From: an uncultured delta proteobacterium
Lineage (GTDB): Bacteria; Myxococcota; Myxococcia; Myxococcales; Anaeromyxobacteraceae
Direction of reading: 5' to 3'
Assembly (NCBI GenBank): GCA_963814585.1
Contig: CAWFDF010000018.1
Coordinates: 1 to 24,192 of the forward strand
DNA length: 24,192 nt
Shown piece by piece: positions 18,445-24,192 of the stretch. Below the pieces are notes generated by a model. The model was not told where the DNA came from, ran no database searches, and saw nothing but the letters and a program-made list of their open reading frames with translations. The position numbers were made by a program, and so were the translations under genes. Within the stretch, counting starts at the first letter, position 1, and each line of letters starts with the position of its first letter.

Positions 18445-19674
18445 ATGATGCGTCCCCTGCTGGCCCTGCTCCCGCTCTCGCTGCTCGCCGGCTGCGTCGT
18501 CCACCACCACCCTCCGGTCTCCCAGGCGCCGTACGCGCCGCCGCCGGCCACCTACGAGTCGCCGCCGCCCTCGAGCCCGCCGCCGGCCGAGTCGCCGCCG
18601 GTCGCCTACCAGCCACCGCCGCCGGTCTACCAGCCGCCCCCTCCCCTCGAGGTCTGGTACTACGGCGAGCACTTCATCCCCGACGCGCTCGGCGGCGGCT
18701 GGTGCTACCTCTCCGGCCCGCACACCCACGACTACTACCCGGACCGCGAGGACCACTTCGTGGTCGACGGCGGCTACTACTACTACCGCGGCCCCTTCCA
18801 GTTCAGCTTCTTCGCCGGACACCCGCTCCCCGGTGGCGGCTGGTGCTTCCTTGGCGGCCCGCACTACCACGACTACTACCCGCCGCGCGGGCCGGACTGG
18901 CGCTGGCAGCACGGGCGCGGCTACGTCTACGGCGGCCACTACGCCCCGTCGCGTCCGCCGCCGCCGACCTACTGGTCTCGCGCCGCGCCGCCTCCGCCGC
19001 GGGTGACCCCGCCGCGGCCGATCGAGTGGTACCAGCCTCGCCCGGCGCTCCCGCCGCCGCCCCCGCGCCCGGCGCCGCCGCCCCGCCCGCCGGGTGGCAC
19101 GCACCCCGCGCCGCCTGCTCGTCCGCCCGGAACTCAGCCGCCGCCATCGCAGCACGACGGGGACCACGATCGGGACGATCGCGACAAGGGCGACAAGGGC
19201 AACAAGGGGAGCAAGGACAAGGGCAACAACGGCCGCTCCGGCCAGGCCCCCGGCCACGGCAACACGCCGCCCGGCCAGGGCGGGACTCCGCCGGGCCACA
19301 CCAGCCCGCCGCCCGCCGCGCCGCCACCTGCCTACGTGCCACCGCCCGCTGCGCCGCCGCGTGGAGCGCCCCCGCATGCCGCGCCGCCATCCCAGCCCCC
19401 TCCGCCCAAGGTCGAGCAGCCGCGTGGCGCGCCTCCGTCCCATGCGCCTCCCCCCAAGGCCGAGCCGCCCCGCGCCGGCCCGCCACCCAAGACCCCTCCG
19501 CCACAGGCCGCCCCGCCACGCGGTGCGCCGCCCTCCCAGTCGCCTCCTCCCAAGGCCGCCCCGCCGCGCGGCACCCCTCCGCCGTCCAAGGGTGACGACC
19601 ACGGAAGCAAGGACAAGCCCAAGGCCGACAAGCCCAAGGCCGAGCCGCCGAAGGGCGACAAGTCGAAGGACTGA
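18445..19674 (+). CDS. Proline-rich lipoprotein with two His/Cys/Tyr modules
   Basis: GAGGAG RBS, lipobox LLAGC, two GGGWC-x4-H-x-HDYYP modules and long Pro-rich linkers. Confidence 0.8.
   Translation: MMRPLLALLPLSLLAGCVVHHHPPVSQAPYAPPPATYESPPPSSPPPAESPPVAYQPPPPVYQPPPPLEVWYYGEHFIPDALGGGWCYLSGPHTHDYYPDREDHFVVDGGYYYYRGPFQFSFFAGHPLPGGGWCFLGGPHYHDYYPPRGPDWRWQHGRGYVYGGHYAPSRPPPPTYWSRAAPPPPRVTPPRPIEWYQPRPALPPPPPRPAPPPRPPGGTHPAPPARPPGTQPPPSQHDGDHDRDDRDKGDKGNKGSKDKGNNGRSGQAPGHGNTPPGQGGTPPGHTSPPPAAPPPAYVPPPAAPPRGAPPHAAPPSQPPPPKVEQPRGAPPSHAPPPKAEPPRAGPPPKTPPPQAAPPRGAPPSQSPPPKAAPPRGTPPPSKGDDHGSKDKPKADKPKAEPPKGDKSKD
19399..19590 (+). repeat. Four imperfect 48-nt (16-aa) coding repeats
   Basis: PPPKVEQPRGAPPSHA / PPPKAEPPRAGPPPKT / PPPQAAPPRGAPPSQS / PPPKAAPPRGTPPPSK. 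Confidence 0.8.
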
Positions 19675-19771
19675 CCGGTAGGGCAGCCGCGACGATTCGC
19701 CCTGCCTTCCCCCGGCCCGGCGCCTCGATTCTGGAGTCAATGCCTCGACGCGTCGTGCTAGCGTCCGGCCC

Positions 19772-21748
19772 ATGAACCCTCTCCTCACGGCGGCCCTCCT
19801 CCTCGCCGGGCTCGGGCTCTTCACCTGGTCGGCGCTCGCCCGGCTTCGCCCCCTCCTCGCGCTCCGGCGCGAGGACCGGCGCGATCGCTCCGCCGAGCGC
19901 GTCAGCGGCCTGCTCCGCTTCGGCTTCGGCCAGAAGCGGCTGGTCGACCCGGAGGAGCGGGTCGCCGGACTGCTGCACGTGGTCCTCTTCGCCGCCTTCC
20001 TGGTGCTGGCGCTCCGGACCATCACCCTCTTCGGCGTCGGCTTCTCCACCGACTTCCACCTGCCGCTGCTCGGCCCCGGCTCGACGCTCGGACCCCTCTA
20101 CGACGCCGTCAAGGACGTGGTGGTCTGGGCGGCGCTGCTGGCCGCGCTCGGGTTCCTCTGGCGACGGCTGGTGACGAAGCCCGCGCGCGTGACCGCCTCC
20201 TGGGAGGGCACGCTGGTGGTCGGCTTCATCATCATCCTGATGGCGACCGAGATCCTCTACGAGCACCCCGGCTGGCTCGGGCTCTCCCCGGGCGCCACCG
20301 CGGTGGTCGAGCAGGCCAGCTTCTGGCTCCACCTCGTGGTCATCCTGCTCTTCCTCAACTTCCTGCCCATCGGGAAGCACTTCCACGTCATCACCGCGCT
20401 GCCCAACGTCTTCTTCCGCCGGCTTCCGCCGGAGGCCAGGCTCGCCAAGCTCGACCTCGAGTCGGAGGGGGCCCGCTTCGGCACCGCCACGGTGAAGGAC
20501 CTCTCCTGGAAGGAGGGCTGGGACGTCTACAGCTGCACCGAGTGCGGCCGCTGCCAGACCCACTGCCCCACCCACGTCACCGGCAAGCCGCTCAGCCACA
20601 AGGAGGTCAACAAGGCCATCCGCAAGCACCTCGGCCAGGTCGGCCCCACGCTCGTCGAGCTGGCCGCCGCCACCGACCCTGCCGCGCGCGAGGCCATCGC
20701 CGCGAGGCTGCCGCCCATCACCGAGGTGGTGGCGCCCGACACCGCCTGGGCCTGCACCACCTGCGGCTGGTGCGAGACCGCCTGCCCGGTCCTCATCGAG
20801 AACATCCCCCGCCTCATCGACATCCGCCGCCAGGCGGTGCAGGTCGACTCGGTGTTCCCCGACGAGGCCGCCCGCATCTTCAAGGGGATCGAGACCCAGG
20901 GGAACCCCTGGGGCATCGGCTCCAACAAGCGGGCCGAGTGGTGCGAGGACCTGGCCATCCCGCGGGCCGCCGACGGCGGCGAGTACGAGTACCTCTTCTT
21001 CGTCGGCTGCGCCGGCGCCTTCGACGACCGGCAGAAGAAGGTCTCGCGCGCCATCGTCCAGATCCTGCGCCAGGCCGGGGTGACCTTCGCCATCCTCGGC
21101 GAGGAGGAGACCTGCACCGGCGACGCCGCCCGGCGCCTCGGCAACGAGTACCTCTTCCAGATGCAGGCCACCGCGCTCACCGGGACGCTCAACGGCCACG
21201 GGGTGAAGAAGATCCTGGTGCAGTGCCCGCACTGCCTCAACACCATCAAGAACGAGCTGCCCGACTTCGGCGGCCACTACCAGGTGGTCCACCACGCCGA
21301 GCTGATCGCCAGGCTGGTGGCCGAGGGCCGGCTCACGCCCGGCAAGGCCGAGGGGCTGGCCGGCACCGCGGTCACCTACCACGACCCCTGCTACCTGGCC
21401 CGCTGGAACGGCGTGATCGACGCGCCGCGCGCCGCGCTGGCGGCCGCCGGGGTCACGCCGGTGGAGATGCCTCGCAACGGCCGGCAGGGTTTCTGCTGCG
21501 GCGCCGGGGGCGGCCGCATGTGGCTGGAGGAGCACCTCGGCACCCGCATCAACCAGAACCGGGTGAACGAGGCGGCCGAGACGCTCGGCGCCGGCGGAGG
21601 CGTGGTGGCGACCGGCTGCCCCTTCTGCCTCACCATGGTGAAGGACGGCATCAACGAGACCAGCCGCGAGGAGACCATGAAGGCCATGGACATCGCCGAG
21701 ATCGTGGCGCTCGGGCTGCCGAGGCGCGACGCCCCGGTCGCCGGGTGA
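19772..21748 (+). CDS. Membrane-bound Fe-S oxidoreductase, FadF/HdrD-like (NarI-like TM region, two 4Fe-4S motifs, CCG domains)
   Basis: TM region with His residues, CTECGRCQTHCP, CTTCGWCETACP, CPHC, YHDPCYLAR, FCCGAGGG, GCPFC. Confidence 0.9.
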   Translation: MNPLLTAALLLAGLGLFTWSALARLRPLLALRREDRRDRSAERVSGLLRFGFGQKRLVDPEERVAGLLHVVLFAAFLVLALRTITLFGVGFSTDFHLPLLGPGSTLGPLYDAVKDVVVWAALLAALGFLWRRLVTKPARVTASWEGTLVVGFIIILMATEILYEHPGWLGLSPGATAVVEQASFWLHLVVILLFLNFLPIGKHFHVITALPNVFFRRLPPEARLAKLDLESEGARFGTATVKDLSWKEGWDVYSCTECGRCQTHCPTHVTGKPLSHKEVNKAIRKHLGQVGPTLVELAAATDPAAREAIAARLPPITEVVAPDTAWACTTCGWCETACPVLIENIPRLIDIRRQAVQVDSVFPDEAARIFKGIETQGNPWGIGSNKRAEWCEDLAIPRAADGGEYEYLFFVGCAGAFDDRQKKVSRAIVQILRQAGVTFAILGEEETCTGDAARRLGNEYLFQMQATALTGTLNGHGVKKILVQCPHCLNTIKNELPDFGGHYQVVHHAELIARLVAEGRLTPGKAEGLAGTAVTYHDPCYLARWNGVIDAPRAALAAAGVTPVEMPRNGRQGFCCGAGGGRMWLEEHLGTRINQNRVNEAAETLGAGGGVVATGCPFCLTMVKDGINETSREETMKAMDIAEIVALGLPRRDAPVAG

Positions 21749-21784
21749 TGTCCGCACACCGAACGGAGACCAGTGCCCCGACCC

Positions 21785-22552
21785 ATGAACTTCGCCCGCC
21801 CCTTCGCCCGCCCCTTCGCCCTGACGCTCACGCTCGGCCTGCTGCTCCCCGCGGCCGCCGCCGCCGAGGTCCGCCCCTTCGCCGACGTGGAGGCCGGCTG
21901 GGCCATCCCCGGCTACAACGACGTGCGCATCCCCGGCGACACCGGGACCCTCTTCTCGCTCAACTCGGGCCCCATCACCACCGCCTCGGCCCCGTACTTC
22001 CGGCTCAAGCTCGGCGCCACCTTCGCCGGGCGGCACACCGTCTACCTGGCGGCGGTGCCGCTGCTGCTGCAGGCCCGCGGCACCCTGACGGCCCCCGTCG
22101 ACTTCAACGGCTCGACCTTCCCGGCCGATGCCTTCGTGACCGGCCAGTACCGCTTCGACACCTGGCGGCTCACCTACCGCTACACCTGGTGGAGCTCGGA
22201 GGCGCTGGAGGCCACGGTGGGGCTCACCGCCCTGGTCCGCGACGCCGGCATCACCCTGCAGGGCGGCGGGCTGTTCGAGGAGCGGCTCAACGTCGGCCTG
22301 GTCCCGCTCCTCTCCTTCAGCTTCCGCTGGCGCTTCTCCGGGGACTGGAGCCTGCTGCTCGACGGCGACGCCCTGGCCAGCGGCTTCGGCCGGGCCGAGG
22401 ACGTCCAGCTGGCGCTGCGCCGCCAGCTCCGTCCCGACCTGGCGGTCCGGCTCGGCTACCGCGTCGTCGAGGGCGGCTCGGACAGCCCCAACGTCTACAA
22501 CTTCTCGCTGACCCACTTCGTCGGCGCCGGCCTGGAGGTGGCGCTCTGGTAG
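21785..22552 (+). CDS. Putative outer-membrane beta-barrel protein
   Basis: Signal peptide ending AAAA-E, alternating aromatic beta-strand pattern (WRLTYRYTW, FSFRWRF, VRLGYR), C-terminal aromatic residue. Confidence 0.7.
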   Translation: MNFARPFARPFALTLTLGLLLPAAAAAEVRPFADVEAGWAIPGYNDVRIPGDTGTLFSLNSGPITTASAPYFRLKLGATFAGRHTVYLAAVPLLLQARGTLTAPVDFNGSTFPADAFVTGQYRFDTWRLTYRYTWWSSEALEATVGLTALVRDAGITLQGGGLFEERLNVGLVPLLSFSFRWRFSGDWSLLLDGDALASGFGRAEDVQLALRRQLRPDLAVRLGYRVVEGGSDSPNVYNFSLTHFVGAGLEVALW

Positions 22553-22602
22553 AGGACCCGCCGCTCCGTGCAGGGCGAGGGTCGGGCCCATGGAGGAGCT
22601 GG

Positions 22603-23442
22603 TCAGGGGACCCGGGGTGCGCCGCGCCGCCTGGCCGGAGCCCCGGGCCGGGCCGGTGGGGTCGCGAAGGCCGCTGCGCAGGCGTCGAGCCGGCGGCGCA
22701 CCTCGTCCTCCAGCAGGTCGAGATCGTTGCCGCTGCGCGGGTCGGCCCCCACGCAGGTGAGGAGCTCGTCGTACGGGGAGCGCTCCCGGTCGATGGCCTG
22801 GTAGTCGATGGTGCGCGGCACCGGCTCGCCGTCGCGCCCGGGCCGGAAGGCCCCGAAGAGCCCCTCCGAGCCCGGCGCCAGCTCCTCCTTGAGCGCCAGC
22901 AGGCCCGTCAGCGCCGCGCGGAAGGCCGGGCGATCCAGGTGGCGCCGCTCCACCCGCGCCCCGGCCAGCGCCGCCACCGCGCCCAGCGCCGCGCGCAGGA
23001 ACGGCACGTCGGTCACCACCAGCCCGTAGAGGTGGAAGTCGCCGCTGGCCAGCTCGGCCAGCCCGGCCTCCTCCTCGGCGAGCCAGGCGTGGCTCGGGCA
23101 GAGGAACGACTCGCAGGTGGTGACGTCGTAGACGCCGGCGTCTCGCAGGTCCGGGCCGCCGGTGACGAGCGGGTGGGCCAGGCAGCCGACGCGGGTCCCG
23201 GCCTCGTCGAGGAAGCCGAGCAGCGGGCAGACCCGCACCAGGGGGAAGAGCGGCTCGGGCCCGCCCGCGGCCAGCCGCGCCGCCGCCTCGCGGAAGGCCG
23301 GCAGCGTCCGCTCCACCCGGGCCAGCGCCCGGGTGCGCCGGGTGAGCTCCGCGCGCACCGCCTCTCGCCCGTGGTCGCGGGTGTTGTAGAGCCCGCAGCA
23401 GGCCCCGCAGGAGGCGCCGGGGCGCTGGCAGAGCCGGATCAC
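22603..23442 (-). CDS. Cysteine-cluster hypothetical protein (YkgJ/CxxCC-like)
   Basis: LCQ..SCGACCGLYN, VCPLLGFL, GCLAHP, TCESFLCPS. Confidence 0.7.
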   Translation of the reverse strand: MIRLCQRPGASCGACCGLYNTRDHGREAVRAELTRRTRALARVERTLPAFREAAARLAAGGPEPLFPLVRVCPLLGFLDEAGTRVGCLAHPLVTGGPDLRDAGVYDVTTCESFLCPSHAWLAEEEAGLAELASGDFHLYGLVVTDVPFLRAALGAVAALAGARVERRHLDRPAFRAALTGLLALKEELAPGSEGLFGAFRPGRDGEPVPRTIDYQAIDRERSPYDELLTCVGADPRSGNDLDLLEDEVRRRLDACAAAFATPPARPGAPARRRGAPRVP

Positions 23443-23506
23443 CGGGCCCCCGAGCGCCGCCGCAGGCCGGTCATGCCGCTCGCGCCCCTTCGGCGCGGGG
23501 GTGGTG

Positions 23507-23577
23507 CTGAGGCGGAAGGATTCGAACCTTCATACGCGGATCCAAAGTCCGCAGTCCTGCCGTTGGACGACGCCTCA
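23507..23577 (-). tRNA. tRNA-Gln (TTG)
   Basis: TGAGGCGTCGTCCAACGGCAGGACTGCGGACTTTGGATCCGCGTATGAAGGTTCGAATCCTTCCGCCTCAG forms a cloverleaf with U1-A72 and G73. Confidence 0.97.
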
Positions 23578-23619
23578 AGGATGGTCTCGCCCGCCGCCCG
23601 CCCCGGCCGGTCCCCGGTG

Positions 23620-24192
23620 TCACCAGCGCAGCAGCGCCGCGCCCCAGGTGAACCCGGCGCCGAAGGCCGCCAGGGCGACCAGGTCTCCGCGCTTCACCCC
23701 GCGGGCCGTCACCGCCTCGGCGAGGCAGATCGGGATCGAGGCCGCCGTGGTGTTGCCGTACTTCATGATGTTGTTGAAGACCTGGTCGTCGCGCAGCTCC
23801 AGCGAGCGCTGCACCATCTGGCTGATGCGCAGGTTGGCCTGGTGCGGGATGAGCAGCTTGAGGTCGCCGGGCTTCAGGCCGTTCTTGTCGAGCACCGAGC
23901 GCACCACCTCCGGCATCTTGGAGATGGCGTGCTTGAAGACCTTCTGCCCCTCCATGTGCGGGTAGATCGAGCCGTCCTCCAGCATGCGCGGCTGGAGGCG
24001 CGGGTGGTAGCGCGAGCCCGGCGCGTCGGTCGAGAGCTCCTTGGCGAAGCGGCCGTCGGCGTGCAGCTCGCAGGAGAGCACCCCGCGGCCGGGGTCGTCG
24101 GTGGCCTCCAGCAGCGCCGCGCCGGCCCCGTCGCCGAAGATCACCGAGACGTCGCGTCCGCGGGTGGTGACGTCGAGGCCGGTGGAGTGGAC
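23620..24192 (-). CDS. fabH: 3-oxoacyl-ACP synthase III family, C-terminal part
   Basis: IFGDGAGA, MEGQKVFKHA, IPHQANLRI, YGNTTAASIP, AFGAGFTWG. Confidence 0.93.
   Translation of the reverse strand, partial: VHSTGLDVTTRGRDVSVIFGDGAGAALLEATDDPGRGVLSCELHADGRFAKELSTDAPGSRYHPRLQPRMLEDGSIYPHMEGQKVFKHAISKMPEVVRSVLDKNGLKPGDLKLLIPHQANLRISQMVQRSLELRDDQVFNNIMKYGNTTAASIPICLAEAVTARGVKRGDLVALAAFGAGFTWGAALLRW

Noticed and set aside
18803..22591. Long antisense ORFs (also 12078-14444, 6993-8759, 1380-2513)
   Set aside because: Shadow frames of real genes in high-GC DNA, with no recognisable motifs.
23502..23507. Encoded CCA end on tRNA-Gln
   Set aside because: The discriminator G is followed by CACCA, so the CCA is 2 nt out of register; probably trailer sequence or a read error.

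Overview
GC-rich bacterial window that reads like an Anaeromyxobacter-type myxobacterium, judged from gene content and style. Many single-base frameshifts fall even in essential genes (ileS, lspA), which points to uncorrected long-read errors rather than real pseudogenes. The right half (~11.9-24.2 kb) is core genome: tRNA-Phe, an MXAN_5187-C-like protein, ileS-lspA-lgt, a RimK-family ligase, a Pro-rich lipoprotein, a FadF-like Fe-S oxidoreductase, an outer-membrane barrel, a Cys-cluster protein, tRNA-Gln and fabH. The left half lies 3' of tRNA-Phe and looks accessory. It holds a kdp operon with two extra upstream small genes behind a sigma54-type promoter, an ArsC-like/ArsN2-like fusion lacking the catalytic cysteines, a DHFR/RibD-C protein, an orphan tupA divergent from an excisionase-HTH/PBP regulator, and a sigma54-type gabD-patD pair. 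It also holds a ~1.4 kb integrase-less toxin-antitoxin mini-island bounded by tRNA-Phe and a decayed copy of its 3' half. Family calls come from motif recognition; no database searches were run.
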